Shown here one piece after another: positions 1 through 31,460 of a stretch of DNA of 33,388 bases (the stretch's first letter is position 1; every line of letters begins with the position of its first letter). Under the pieces are notes generated by a model that saw only the letters and a list, made by a program, of their open reading frames with translations, was not told where the DNA came from and did not search any database. Origin of the DNA: Tubiluchus corallicola (Eukaryota > Animalia > Priapulida); the NCBI GenBank assembly GCA_030141605.1, contig JAQGDQ010001592.1:1-33388 (forward strand), read 5' to 3'. Position numbers and translations under genes: made by a program.

Positions 1-16
1 CAATGCATCTTGATAC

Positions 17-17685
<17,669 letters not shown>

Positions 17686-17689
<4 letters not shown>

Positions 17690-17748
17690 CTCTCTACTTC
17701 ATAATAAACCTGGCAGCATATAAAAGTTGACTCATTTATAGCTGCCAT
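17686..17748 (-). other. upstream ORF (20 aa, MAAINESTFICCQVYYEVER*) whose TGA overlaps the SMG7 ATG (ATGA)
   Basis: aacATGG context at 17748; stop at 17688-17686 overlaps the ATG at 17689-17687; three further upstream ATGs lie in the same 60 nt. Confidence 0.5.
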
Positions 17749-17840
17749 GTTGTTGTCAATGTTAATTTAGAGAACTTCCGGCAGGATAGTCACTTTTAAC
17801 CTTTGATTCAGTCTCACATGATCACATCGGCCATTTATTT
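17740..17840 (-). promoter_or_regulatory. putative TATA-less housekeeping promoter of SMG7
   Basis: ETS site CCGGAAGT (17781-17774) and YY1-like AACATGGC (~17751-17744) and AAATGGCCG (~17836-17828), immediately upstream of coding exon 1. Confidence 0.5.
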
Positions 17841-18070
17841 TTAATGCATTTTTCTACGACTTAGCGCTAATCATCTGGAAGCAGTGCCTGTTTGCTTACT
17901 GGTGGTACTTCGCCGATAATGTTACATGTTACAGCAATTTTAATTTTACGGCAGCAGAACGAAATTGATGAAAATCTAAGAGCAACAAATAAATTTAGTG
18001 TTATAAAAAGTTAGTAATTTAGTAATATTATGGTTACCAAATTGTTCTGGGTTGTGCTGCCAATATCGGT

Positions 18071-18750
18071 CTAATTGGGACTTTTACATAGAAGAATGTC
18101 AATGATTATGTTTTCGGGCAATTTATTACATTTGTCAACCACACACATTGAAAGAATCTCTCGTTTTTTGCTCCATCTATTGGAGGCTGCTCTCTTCTTG
18201 ATTTTGTATGGAGGACCTCTAGTACCACGATAAGTATGAGATAGAAACATTTTGCTAGCATTGGTGTGATCAAAACCTTTTAAGATGCAGAAGGTTTGGA
18301 TCAAATCTTGTCTCTTAAATCTATACTTTAAAGTAGTTAGCCCTCGCCTTCTGATTTTCATAAGGTATAACAGTCCGGAAACTACTGGTACCAGCCTAAT
18401 AGGTCAACGTTGAACTGATTCCCTTTTTTCTTACCACGTCTTGCCTTCCTGAATTCCAACATCGCCATAATTCTTAATTGGTCTAACCATTGACTTGTAC
18501 ATTTGAATCACCATGGGCCAATCTAAATAAGTGAAGTTTCACATAATAAGCATAAGCCTTCCATGAGCATTATTAACAGTATGATGAATGCGGCTTTGAA
18601 ATTTAAGCATTTTATCAACAATGATGCCCAAGTGTTTTTGCACATTGACATTTGTAGTTTCTACGTTGCTAAGTTCTTGCATTGCGTATAATTATGCGAT
18701 CTGTAACATCTGGTCTTCCAATTTTTAATAGGTTGCATTTGTCCCAACGC
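18071..18750 (-). mobile_element. CR1-clade LINE ORF2 C-terminal fragment (pseudogenised)
   Basis: DKCNLLKIG, QKHLGIIVDKMLKF, NFTYLD..MYKSMVRP, TLKYRFKRQDLIQTFCILKG and TRGPPYKIKK, with stops and frameshifts. Confidence 0.85.
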
Positions 18751-18772
18751 TTCTGACTATGAAGTAACTACA

Positions 18773-19330
18773 GTGCAACAATATTCTGATATCAGCAATG
18801 TTTCCATAACTGAAGAAGAGGTGCTTTATGAGTTACAAAATCTCAATGTAAACAAATCCGCTCCAGATAGTTACCATCCACGTATTTTAAATGAATGTAG
18901 AACTGTGCTTTTTAAGCCTATATACACCTTACTGGATAGGTCTTTTGCTGATTGTCAGTTACCTGGACAATGGAAGGTGGCACAGGTTACTCCCATTCAT
19001 AAAAAAGGGGACAAGTCAGATCCATCGAACTACAGGCCAGTTAGCTTACTAAATACAATTAATAAGGTGACAGAAAAAATCATGCGGAAACATATAATGA
19101 ACCATCTGATAAGATACAACATTATTTGTGAAGAACAACATGGGTTTGTTAAGGGTAGAACAACTGTTACCCAACTGTTACAATGTTACGATGCATGGTT
19201 TGAGTTAAAAGATGCTAATAAGCCTTTTGATATAATACTACTGAACCTGAAAAAGGCGTTTGATGTTGTACCTCATCACTTTCTGTTTGCAAAACTTAAA
19301 AATTGTGGTATAACTGGTTCAGTTAATAGC
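18773..19330 (+). mobile_element. CR1-clade LINE reverse transcriptase N-terminal fragment
   Basis: NKSAPDSYHPRILNEC, WKVAQVTPIHKKGDKSDPSNYRPVSLL, QHGFVKGRTTVTQLL and LKKAFDVVPH; truncated before the PQG/YADD motifs. Confidence 0.92.
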
Positions 19331-19343
19331 ACGTATGTCAGGT

Positions 19344-19796
19344 AGAACTGCATGTCACACCAATCACAGTGCATCAGAACTGCATATCACACCACTCACA
19401 GTGTATCAGAACTGCATATCACACCAATCACAGTGTATCAGAACTACATATCACACCACTCACAGTGTATCAGACCTACATGTCACACCACTCACAGTGT
19501 ATCAGAACTGCATATCACACCACTCACAGTGTATCAGAACTGCAAATCACACCAATAACAATGTATCAGAACTGCATATCACACCACTCGCAGTGCATCA
19601 GACCTGCATATTACACCAATAACAATGTATCAGAACTGCATATTACACCACTCACAGTGCATCAGACCTGCATATTACACCAATAACAATGTATCAGAAC
19701 TGCATATTACACCAATCACAGTGTATCAGACCTGCATATTACACCAATCACAGTGTATCAGAACTGCATATTACACCAATCACAGTGTATCAGACC
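19344..19796. repeat. 32-bp minisatellite (CAGAACTGCATATCACACCACTCACAGTGTAT)n, ~14 copies, decaying into diverged copies to ~20160
   Basis: Direct reading. Confidence 0.93.
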
Positions 19797-22700
19797 ATTT
19801 CATGCCATTCAGTGCGTTACGAAACGGAACTGCCTTGTCATACTTATCACATATTACAGAGTTGTGCTTTACACCATTCATGGTGCTATTTAACTGTCTT
19901 TCACACAATTCATTCTGTTACAGAAACTGCGTTTCACACTTATCACAGAGCTTCAGAATTGCCTCTTTCACACCATTCACAGTCTTACGTAAATGCCTTT
20001 CACACCATTACCGTACTACACATTCACACTTATCACTATATCACAGTGTTACATGTTTGCCTTTCACACATATCACATTGTTACAGTACTGCCTTTCACA
20101 GTTATCAGGGTCGCAGGATAGGATTGTTTCCGCACCATTTATGGTGTTGCTGAACAGCACTCAGAAACATTGTTTAAGAAAGCTAGCACAAAAAATTATG
20201 AAAACTGCATAATCATATTTCATGATCAGGGTTAAAAATGCCAGGGCTAGTCTTAGAAATGCTAAAATCAAATCTTAGAACTGCATATTACGATTAGAAC
20301 CCCTTTTAATTTACTTCGCCACTTGTTGTTTGCGAGAAACTCTGTCTTTAGCAAAAAGAAGACGAAAATAAATGATTACTTAACGGATTAATGAGGCAGA
20401 AACCACCAGCAAAAGATTTACTGCCTACACAAAACGTGCTTAATAAAATACTGTGAAATTAAAGTGGGAGAAACTCTATCGTATCGCAATGTTGTCTACA
20501 ATCAGTGTGATTTAAATTCATAGCGTACTAACAGTTAGCCATGTTTACAACAAAACATTCAGCGAAGCCAGAGTGATGCATCACCAGCTAAATCCAATCT
20601 GCTCTTTGTGTTACTATTGACCAATGTCTGTTCACGTCTCGCCTATCCATCCATATAGATAAACAGAAGTTTTACACTTTGTTGACAAGTGTAACTGATC
20701 AATTTCTCGTGTGGTAGAGTACATTGTTGTGAGTAATGATGAAAAGATTAATAGAATGGAAGTAAATGCCAGGCAACATGCATACTCGTGCTTCAACAAA
20801 CAGGAGAAAGTTGCACTGTGTATGAGGTCCGCGGGTGCCGCAGCTTTTTTATTCGTAACTTGAAATTGGTACCGCTAGCCATAGTTTTTCATCTTTGTGC
20901 TATGTAAATGACTCAGTCTTGCCGAAGCAGTCACTCGTCACCTCCCGATCTCTTTACTCACCTACCCATCTGATTCATTAAACTTGATCAGAATAGAAAC
21001 ATTTTTCAACTTTGTTACCTAATAATGTTGAATTTACATAGTAGCACTTTCTATGTTACAGCTATTTTAATACAGTGAATAAAGAAAGAGAGAAAATCCC
21101 TTTGTCTATAGCCAATATATCGAGATCCTTAAACAAGCAAAAGAAACCAGTAACGAAGTCCAACTTTGTGGCAAAGAATAGATTACAATGACTGTAATCA
21201 GCTATAATTTGAATTAAAGGTAGGCTACATAACAGTAATAACTACCAAACTATACCAGCAAATCTAAGCAAAGGAAAGGGATGAAATTGAAAGAACTAAA
21301 AATGAGTAATCCCGAGAATCTTGTCTTTTGTAAGAAATTTCACTGTAGAATTTAAACGTTTAAGAAAAGGAGAATAATGGTTATGTATACTCTCATTTTT
21401 GTTCATGTTCGTTCATTAATATATTAATTGTTTTACCATTTATTTCAATAATCGTCTCATCAGTGATCGTCTCAATGATCGATTTCAGTCGTTTTTGTGC
21501 CCAGTTTTGAACTTGAATCAGCCCCTCAGAAGACCTACCGGACCTATGGACTTATTAGGCAAAAAGCCAACCGTGACATCCCAACGCAACACGAGATTAA
21601 TTCTGGCTTCACGTTTTCTTGGCGTTCATTAATAACGCGTTTATCAAACACTTTAAACACTATACAATTTAAAGCTTGTGAAATTTCGAGACTTCTGTGT
21701 TGATGGTCTAATTACAATTTGTTGATTAACTTATTGCTTGAAGCTTGCAGAAGCTAGTTAAGTGCGCGAATTGTAAATAAAAGCATGGATTCGCCTCGCG
21801 CAGGCGAGCACTCTTGTTGAGCCGTGATAATATCAATCACTCACTTCAGGAAAAACGCTGACTAAAAAGTTGCTCCATTATTCGATAGGAAACTTCAAAG
21901 TCTTAGCATTCTAATGTTGCTTGAGAAAATGAGTTACACGAATCGCTTGTTTACAACTAATTACCTAACGCCAATTCCAAGTAATAACATGGAATGTAAT
22001 GTGGGATAAACAAAAGAGTTGAGCCTGCTGATTTTCACATGTAGATTCCGCACTTAGTCTCAAAATGGAACGCATGAATGAACCTTGAATCCTTGTTAAT
22101 TAAAAATAAATTAACTCGTGTCAATTAAACCTTTTGGTTAGTAAGTGGAGGGTGAGTCAACCACATTTTACCAATTGGTGAAAACATTTGAAATAATTTA
22201 AAATTTTGTTTTTTAGTTACATAAGTCTTTCCAGCAGGTAAACAAAAAGCTAAGTAATATAGATTTGCATGAAAAGTTTTTTGGGACATAGTTTAACAGT
22301 TCCTTTTCTTCCCCTTGATTTACGTTGTGCGCATACAACGTCATGTAATGGCGCCGTCGGAACAGTATTACGAAGATTTTAAATGAAGACAAAGAAAAAT
22401 TCCTTTCAATCCGAGTACGATATATGCATAAAATTTCGACAAAGTAAAGTAATTTTTAAGGTGATTTTTCTGAAACCCTTGTCCTTTAAGAACACTGTAT
22501 ATGTAAACAAAAAACGTATGTCGTCTGTTTATACTAACGACACAGATTGTTGCATAGAAACTTCGTAAAGCTCCTTATACGACTCTCTGTATTACCCAGA
22601 TTGAAAAGCTTTGAAGATGTCAACTTCAACAAGAAAGTAGGTATTTCACACGTGCTTAGTATTATTTCAAGGTGACCTCCGTCTTTATCCTGTGCTTTTG

Positions 22701-23287
22701 CTTTCCCTTTCAACCGTTTTTTCTCTTAAAAGTACGGCCACACAGATGTTATGAATGATAAAACCGCTTGTGATCATACAGACGTGAAATTTGATGGAAT
22801 CTTGCAGGTTAACGTAATTGTAAACAGTTACACTTTAAGTTTTAATGGCGTATTGTCAGTTGCAAACACAAACGCACGGCTTTCGAAGTCTTAATTTCTT
22901 GTCATTAGTATATATGGTGGGATATTAGCATAATCTGATGGGAAGTAATGATTTAGAAGGCATTTACTGGTTATGTTGGAAAGGCGTTTTTAAGGCACGA
23001 TGAACAACAAAGTATGTAATGATCATATCATCGAAAATGAGGCCTGATGAATGACAATTTATTTTAAATACTAATCATTAAACTTTTCCTCTAAACAACT
23101 AAAATAACCAACTGGAAGATTTTAATAATTTATATTTGTTTATTAGTAACAGTTTTGTTTGTCTGTGGCGTCATTATATTTCAAAATTTATATTGTATGT
23201 ATGCCTTGTTTTTTCTTGTATTGTATGTATTTTTAATAAATACACTATAAAATAAATATATAGCTTTTATATTTATTTATTTATTTA

Positions 23288-23289
<2 letters not shown>

Positions 23290-23342
<53 letters not shown>
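23290..23342. repeat. compound (TA)n(GT)n microsatellite
   Basis: Direct reading. Confidence 0.95.
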
Positions 23343-24535
23343 ACTCTTTGAAGTATTAAGTGTATTGATAAGCTAGGATAAGACCAAAAATGAATTCACC
23401 GCTTAACTCGGCTTCAACTCAAATCACTACTCAGATCTCAAGTCAATTTTTGTACCCTTACATGGCTCTTTTAGTAACAACGTAGAGTAAGAGCAAAATG
23501 GGTCGATCTATTACATATACACTAAGCAATTTTGACACCAAAAACAAAGCTATTGCTAGCATCATCAATACAACTACAGTGGAAACAACGATGACAGTCA
23601 TAACGCGGCTAAGAATCTTAGTTGCAATAGCAAGAACTTTCCAATGCTATCTGCAAACGTAGGATTTGATTATTGCTTTTGCTATTACTCCGTTTTTCAC
23701 CAGCAATTCCTTTGGGCTGGGGGAAATTGGAGCACACTTGTGTTTCTAAAGTAAGATTGGCTCACTGCAGCCAATTTATTTACAAAGCTGCTTATTTAGT
23801 AAACAATCTGATTTGATTTGCAGCGAGATTTACAGGCAGTGCGTGACGTGATTATATGCAGTTGTCGGAAACTCATTTCCGAAGTAAGCAAATTACTATT
23901 TGCTCTGTATGAATAACTGTACAAAGTACTTAAAGAAAGAATACATAATTACTTCTGTAGTTCTATTGTACAAGTATGTATATACGAAATCAGTTTTATC
24001 GCATCATTAACCGTGTAATTGTTTAATGAATAGGCCAGGTAAAAATTCCAAGGCTGGAAATAACTCGTTGGGAAAAACCTGGCGGCCATGATAGTCGACG
24101 GAGCAGGTTTTTCCGCACGTTAAGAGGCAAAGCTTACCTACGTATAGGAGCTGTTTTCCTCATGTAATAAATAAACTAAGTGTGTCGGGAGTAAAGAATC
24201 CCATGATTGAATTGTTAATTTCGTGACGTTGACTAACGCTATTTTGTTTTATTTACAGGCCATGTTGTGAAGTTATTATGTTGCTATGTTGTGTCGTTAT
24301 ATATGAAGTGATAATGTAAACAAGTACATCATGATGTTTTAACTCATTTGTTTATTGCTTTCATTTACAAATATGTACAGGTGGCACAGCAATCAAACAC
24401 TAATAATAAACCTTATGAGAACAAACTTTAGATAAAACATTTAGTTTGATACATCGACTCTCCCAAATTTTCTGGGACCAAAATAAATTCGCCGTTCTCG
24501 ACCTGATGCCTGGCTTTTATTTTTGTTCTCTACAG

Positions 24536-25337
24536 CAGTGTTGGTAGTAGTAGTAGTGCAACTACCGTAGTGTCACTATAATTAGTAGTGCTGGAGCACT
24601 GCCACTACTTTGAAAATAAGTAGCGGTAAATTTTTATTTCATTAGCTTTAACTTTAAACAGTTACTTAGCGACAGACAGCAACTTTAAACGGTTGCTTAG
24701 CGACAGACAGCAACTTTAAACAGTTGCTCAGCGACAGACAGCAACTTTAAACAGTTGCTTAGCGACAGACAGCAACTTTAAACAGTTGGTTAGCGACAGA
24801 CACCAACTTTAAACAGTTGATTAGCGACAGACAGCAACTTTAAACAGTTGCTTAGCGACAGACAGCAACTTTAAACAGTTGCTTAGCGACAGACAGCAAC
24901 TTTAAACGGTTGATCAGCGACAGGTAGCAACTTTAAATAGTTGCTTTGTGCCAACTTTTAAAAATTAATTTTTTAAGTAAATAAACTAGTTTAAAGCATG
25001 ACACAAAGTAACAGTGTGGTGTGAATGATATTTTAATGAATAATTTACTATTAATACCATTACATTGACAATGTATGAATGGCCTGCAAGTGTCTGTTTA
25101 TAATCATAAATAAGCTGTTTAGTTAAAACCTTGGTGTAATTTCGTGCAATTTGTGTTTACACTTTACCTGCCACTTAGCAATTTAATTATCACTATTAAC
25201 AAGCAGCATGCATATGCAGACTTGCAGTGTACTACACACAGTGTTTAGAAGTAGTCGCGAAACAAAAGTAGTAGCCATTTCAAGAGAGTGATTTTTTGTA
25301 GTGATACTATGTTTTAAAAGTAATTGACCCAACACTG
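24536..25337. mobile_element. hAT-like non-autonomous element
   Basis: TIR CAGTGTTGG / CCAACACTG with GTAGT/ACTAC subterminal motifs at both ends; TSD not recognisable. Confidence 0.55.
24650..24945. repeat. 31-bp minisatellite (CAGCAACTTTAAACAGTTGCTTAGCGACAGA)n, ~9.5 copies, one hairpin per unit
   Basis: Direct reading; AGCAACT-ttaaac-AGTTGCT stem-loop. Confidence 0.95.
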
Positions 25338-26203
25338 GTTATACGATATAACAATCTCGCCTTCCCAGATTAGTAAAGTAATGATCCTTCCCTAACTGCG
25401 CGGCGTACATCAAAGGTTAAAATCAAATATCGAGTAACTAGCCAGTGGGCTATAATGCAACTCTGCTTTGTTTTTCGTACAATTTAACACTATTCAGTTT
25501 TTCCCGGCCACATTAGCGAACTCGCAGAAACGGGTAGAAATGCTGAAAAGTCGCGATACAATTAATCCAGACCAAGATGGGGGAACTTAATTTCAACTGC
25601 CTGGATGCGATGACAACTTCGTTTCTAAATAAATTCACTCTAGATTGGTTTTCGGACGTACGCAGGATGGCAACGAAAATACCTACTTTGATTTTGCTAG
25701 AAAGGTGGCAATTTTTCTTTACTTATACGTGTGGTAATCGCCTGTTATGGATCCTCCATAATTATAATTGTCCTTGCGTTATAGGGCGCCATAAAAGCTA
25801 TTCTATTAACTATAATTATTTGCACACCAAGTAAAAGAAGTGATTGCCATGCTGCATTGATGATGATTTTCAGTATTATTTCAGTTTTTAGGCGCTGTTT
25901 TAACGAAGTTTATGTTACAGTGATCACCTGTATGGCTTATAGGTAAATTAATGCTTGTTATTATGGTTTCAAATGCAAGACTCGCTAAATAAATTGAAAA
26001 TAAAAAAACCTTTTTGAGGGAAACATCAGCGATTTTGCACATGTGTACGGAACAATAATTGACTGTCTCTCAGGTGTCCATATTCACATCATAAAACAAA
26101 TATTAAACCATACACGTCTCTGATATAGATGCTACAGAAAACGTTAGAGCAAAACCTGACCCAATCTTAAACCGTAGGTAAAAACAATCTACTCTTTAAA
26201 ATA

Positions 26204-26760
26204 TTGAAAGGGAACATATTGTTTTTTCAAAAATGACTTGCGTGAAAGAATTATTACCACACAAATACAATTTCACGTTCACGTCATTTGTTCTTCGCTG
26301 TTACGTGCATTTCGCCATTCTCTAGTTAGACGGGCACTAGCGCCTCCATTTCGGAAGCGCATTACACAAAAACAGGTGCTGTACCTCTCAGTTCAGATGT
26401 GTTAGTTTCTGACGAGCTACGCACGTTCGACAGCTCATGAGTGCGCACAGCGATAAATTTGAAATTTGAATTTTAATCTTAAACCATGCCTAGTTTTAGT
26501 ACAACACACTAAATATCTTACAGTAGCACTATACTTCAATTTTCGCAAACACGTGCAACACACTCGTAGAATATTTTTGCCGTTAAAAATCATGTTAGCT
26601 TGTGATGACATCAATAGGTGTGCTCGCTCGCCGTTAATTAAGTTTTTAATCTATTATTTAATTATCAGAAACACTTTTGTATTAATCGTGTTAAAATGTA
26701 TACTTTTTATCAGACTTAAAAATGGGGTAGTATATGAAAAATCATCCTGTCTTCCTTTAA
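26204..26760. mobile_element. possible TTAA-flanked (Kolobok-like) non-autonomous element
   Basis: ttgaAAGGGAACATATTGTTTTTTCA ... TGAAAAATCATCCTGTCTTCCTttaa; a similar terminus TTAAAGGAAGAC occurs at ~27646. Confidence 0.35.
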
Positions 26761-28740
26761 CCTATTGACGTTGGTATTAAAAGATAATTCAATGAATTTG
26801 CATATTTTATTATTTGTATGCAACAACTTTGCACAAAATAAAATACGTGCTACTTAAATAGTACATATCCATATTATATAACACAAATGTTAAGCCACCC
26901 ACTGCCATAATATAGGACTAAATAAAAATGTTAAGCTGTCCGCACATACACAATTTTTTTAGATTTTCATCTAGTACAGATGTTATAAATATTTTTTCAT
27001 TTACTCAAAGTTAATTTCAGCACATTCGTACCACAAAAAATATAGGCATAAAAGAAGAATTATTTGCAAAAAAGTTTTTAAAAAGTGTTAAGTTTAAATC
27101 TATATCTTTCGTATTTTATATACAAATGCGCATTTAACATATGAATTAAACATGCAATTTTATATGTACGTATAAATGTGTAGGCCTATACATGCATGTA
27201 ATACTTCACGATATTGCGCAAAATGTCGTTTTAGTTGACTACATATTGCTACTGCAATGATGCCTCTGTAGTTTATGCCCGAAAGATTGGCTTCAAAAAT
27301 GAGAAATTGTTTCTCTAATCATCATACTAAATTAATTAGAAATCTGAGCATTTTCATCAGCCTTTACGATACTCCATTCAAGATTCTCTATTTCATCATT
27401 GCAAGCGAACTATGTTGATTGTAGCAAGAGCAATTCACGGTTAGTCAGCCAACCGTGACCTGTCTTGGCTTCCCACTGAACCCCATCAAATGGCAACTAA
27501 ATATCATCCAGATACCCCAATTTACACAATTTGCAGCGTTCTTATTGGCAGGATTCCACCGGAAAGTATTAACAGCGTGCGAAATTCAAGAAAGTGACTA
27601 TTTGCTTGAGTGCCGTTTAACTCCTTTAGGTAAGTTCGCCTTGCGTTAAAGGAAGACTGGACGATTGTTTAGACTCAATCTCATTTTAATTTACTGTCCA
27701 AAATATACATTTTCTTGCCTATAAAAGTTAACAATTGTTCCTTATATTTGAATAATTAACTTAGAAAGTTAATTGACGGCAACCGAACACAGCTATTACT
27801 TATGTCAGAAACTAACCACAGTTTGTGCAATGGCAGGCATCTTCCCTTGCGCATCAAACACATTCGCATAATTGTCATAGTACTGTTTAAACGCATGGTG
27901 TCACGAAAAATGGGCTCTATATCACATGACGTCAGAAACCAACAAAACAGTTCGTGATCATGCTTATCTCGGTACCGCCTTCTATTTGTCGGCGTCGCGC
28001 ACGTGACAAAAGGCGCCGCTGCCAATCTTACTAGATTAACTGAGCCGCGCGTAGCTTTGAAAGTTTAACGAAATATGAGTATCCGAGGTAATTATTATTC
28101 AATCTAAGCTTTGATTTAAAATAAGCTATTGCAGTTTTCAATATTTTAGAGCATTCTTTATTCTGAACTCGTGTTTACGCAATCATCCGGTTTTTTTTAA
28201 CGAAACTTTAGCGCTTAAAGGTGTTTTTGTAGAATTTGCAAATCGTGTGTTTGCCATTAATTGCGTAAATATCGATTCCTAGTTGCCTTGTTGTTTATCC
28301 TATGTTCCGATCGACACATCCATGACACTTAATGTTTTACCGCAGAAACGTTTTTCTCTTTGCAACACGACCACCCTAGCGCAAACATGCAAACAAACGA
28401 AGATCTAAAGGCCTAATTAGGCACGTAATAAAAAATTTTACCAATCACATTGATTTACTTATGACAATATAATAACTGCAGCTATCTTAGTGGATTATTT
28501 TTCCCTTACTAATTACAAATAATATCGGACATCATTATTATTACTGCAGAATATATACGTTCCTACCAAAACCTTCTATATGGAGTCTGCCTCTGCTGGG
28601 CTCACTGCTACATACTAAGGACGTGCTTAATTGTACAAAAATGCTCAAAACAGCGCGCAACGTATAGTGTATGTACACTGCTAAAAAACGTGCTACCATT
28701 CTTCCTCTGTTTGTTAGTCTTTTCAACAAACAGCTACTTA

Positions 28741-29418
28741 CTGATTGACTGACTGACTGACTGACTGACTGACTGACTGACTGACTGACTGACTGACTGA
28801 CTGACTGACTGACTGACTGACTGACTGACTGACTGACTGACTGACTGACTGACTGACTGACTGGCTAGCTGGTTGACTGGCTGACTGGCTGACTGACTGA
28901 CTGACTGACTGACTGACTGACTGACTGACTGGCTGACTGACTGACTGACTGGCTGACTGACTGACTGACTGACTGACTGACTGACTGACTGACTGACTGA
29001 CTGACTGACTGACTGACTGACTGACTGACTCACTGGTTGACTGACTGACTGACTGACTGACTGACTGACTGACTGACTGACTGACTGACTGACTGACTGA
29101 CTGACTGACTGACTGACTGACTGACTGACTGACTGACTGTCTGACTGACTGACTGACTGACTGACTGACTGACTGACTGACTGACTGACTGACTGACTGA
29201 CTGACTGACTGACTGACTGACTGACTGACTGACTGACTGACTGACTGACTGACTGACTGACTGACTGACTGACTGACTGACTGACTGACTGACTGACTGA
29301 CTGACTGACTGACTGACTGACTGACTGACTGACTGACTGACTGACTGACTGATTGACCGACCGACCGACCGACCGACCGACCGACTGACTGATCAACCGA
29401 CAGATGATTGACTGACTA
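28741..29418. repeat. (CTGA)n tetranucleotide microsatellite ending in (CCGA)n
   Basis: Direct reading. Confidence 0.98.
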
Positions 29419-29684
29419 GTCGGCTGCTCAATTTAGTGAAATACCAATTCACATCGCAGCATTTCTGTAATTCTTTGAAATTATAATCAAATAAATGAAA
29501 TGACGTAACGTGTGTTATTAATATTGATTGTTCTGGCAGAACCGGAATTTTTGTAACTGTCAAAGATAATCCTCCGTAATGAGATATTAACTAGAGGAGA
29601 ATGTGTCAATAGTATTTGTGTTTACTCATTTAATTCCTGAAAGAGAAAAGTAGGTAAGTCCCCAGGACATACCTGTGAAACCGC

Positions 29685-29795
29685 CGACTGACAACTTTCC
29701 CGAAGGCGTCCATCCAAGTGCTGGCCATATCCCGGCATGCTTAATTTCTGGTCAAGCGCACACCGTGATCACTTAGCTCTGTCAATCGCCACGTC
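29685..29795 (-). mobile_element. 5S rRNA-related SINE head or 5S pseudogene fragment
   Basis: Minus strand GAAATTAAGCATGCCGGGATATGGCCAGCACTTGGATGGACGCCTTCGGGAA aligns by eye with the 5S rRNA internal control region GAAGCTAAGCAGGGTCGGGCCTGGTTAGTACTTGGATGGGAGACCGCCTGGGAA. Confidence 0.5.
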
Positions 29796-30221
29796 TCACA
29801 CAAAACAATTAATTCATCATTAATTCCTTGGTGTGAATATCGCTTTGTTTGCACCTAGGCGGGTGAATATTTGAGTAGTGGCCTGTAAATGTTTGTGCTG
29901 CCCAGGTAAACTCATTACAGCGAAAGGTGAGCAAATAGCGTTAATAATACTATATTGCTTGCACGGCTTCCATATCAGTTATTAAATGCTCCATGGTATT
30001 ATTATTATTTGTAAATGCGCTAGTTTCCATTATTTCTTATTACTAGGCATGTTCTGTTGACATGTTGGAAAGCTAATCTCGTATACGGTGTGCCTGACCA
30101 GTTAAATCTGCGAATTCAGAACACAAGGCCGGGCGTTAAAGCAGAGGAAAACACTTCATAAAAAAAGCTTAAAAAAATTAGTCTTGAAATTTTATATTAT
30201 TTACATGTCTTATTGCATACA

Positions 30222-30223
30222 TT

Positions 30224-30320
<97 letters not shown>
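30222..30320. repeat. (CT)n microsatellite
   Basis: Direct reading. Confidence 0.97.
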
Positions 30321-30321
<1 letters not shown>

Positions 30322-31328
30322 ATTTACTTTAAAAGAAACGCATTAGTTTGTCATAAATTTATACAATTTATACAAGTGGTGAAAGATATTATTTACAAAA
30401 ATCTACTGTACTTTTTATTACTTCGGGTTAGCTGAATTTGTGTAATTATTTTTCTTGTATTATATGTACAAACAATATCTGAGTATTGTGTGTCAACTTG
30501 TTCTTACCATTGTCTAGAATTATTCATAATGTCTTTTTGTGCGACTTGTTTTAGGATCTAGTTGTACTTTTGTTACCTGTGTCATAATGTATAATTGTAT
30601 TTCCTTGGATGTATTAGATTGAAATGATTCATTGTACACCTGCAAAAAGAGGTTAATAAAAGAGTTATAATTATAATAATAATAACGCTATATAATACTA
30701 GTAACCTTAAGCTCTTTCGATGACCATCAGGCGCAGCCATTTTACATACAAGTTTAGATAACATAGCGCGAAGTTCGAAACAATCATTCGTGACGCATTC
30801 TTCGCTAAGCCAGAGTTTAAATTACTACATGTTTTCAATATGATCAATGTCCTTTTTGTGAATCAATGATGCACACTGAGATGGCGAATGTAGTTCCGTT
30901 TTACCTGGGTGGCGTAAACATTTTAAATTACTGTATTACGAATTTTCTTTTTCAATTACGTAACTATTTCAAACAGGTAAGCGTAATACTAAGCAACATA
31001 ACTTTGTATGAAAAAAAAAATTTTGTGATATAAAAATTCCATTTTTCCAATTTTAAACGAATTTTGAAACCACAGATGAAAACTTGCGGCTTGCCGTTAT
31101 TGCTACTGCCTTATGTATACATGTGATCAAAAATCTTTTCTTTCATTCTCTATTTTTTCTTCTAATCTTTATTATTGTTATCTTTTTTATTTTGTCTTTG
31201 TATTATTAAGCGTAAAACACGTTAAATTAAGTAGGATAATCGTACATAATAGGTTACATTTGTTACTCTTAGCCAATACTTTTCATTTTTCTTTGTGGAT
31301 ACCAAGAGCCCTAATTATTTTGGACTTT

Positions 31329-31460
31329 ATTTCATTTGGTTCTCAGCCCCACCTCCCACTGCTAACAGGTATTTTCATTTGGTTCCCCATCGCCACCTCC
31401 CACTGCTGACAGGTATTTTCATTTGGTTCCCCAGCCCCACCTCCCACTGCTAATAGGTAT
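31329..31460. repeat. 44-bp tandem repeat x3 (TTTTCATTTGGTTCCCCA..CCACCTCCCACTGCT.ACAGGTA)
   Basis: Direct reading. Confidence 0.9.

Noticed and set aside
19335-20212. His-rich ORFs downstream of the RT fragment
   Set aside because: Translations of the 32-bp minisatellite and its decayed copies.
24650-24945. CRISPR-like hairpin repeats
   Set aside because: Contiguous units without spacers and no cas genes.
27756-28025. 89-aa minus-strand ORF (MAAAPFV...)
   Set aside because: Starts at TTG rather than ATG, and has no recognisable homology.
28734-29396. (SQSV)n 220-aa ORF
   Set aside because: Tetranucleotide microsatellite.
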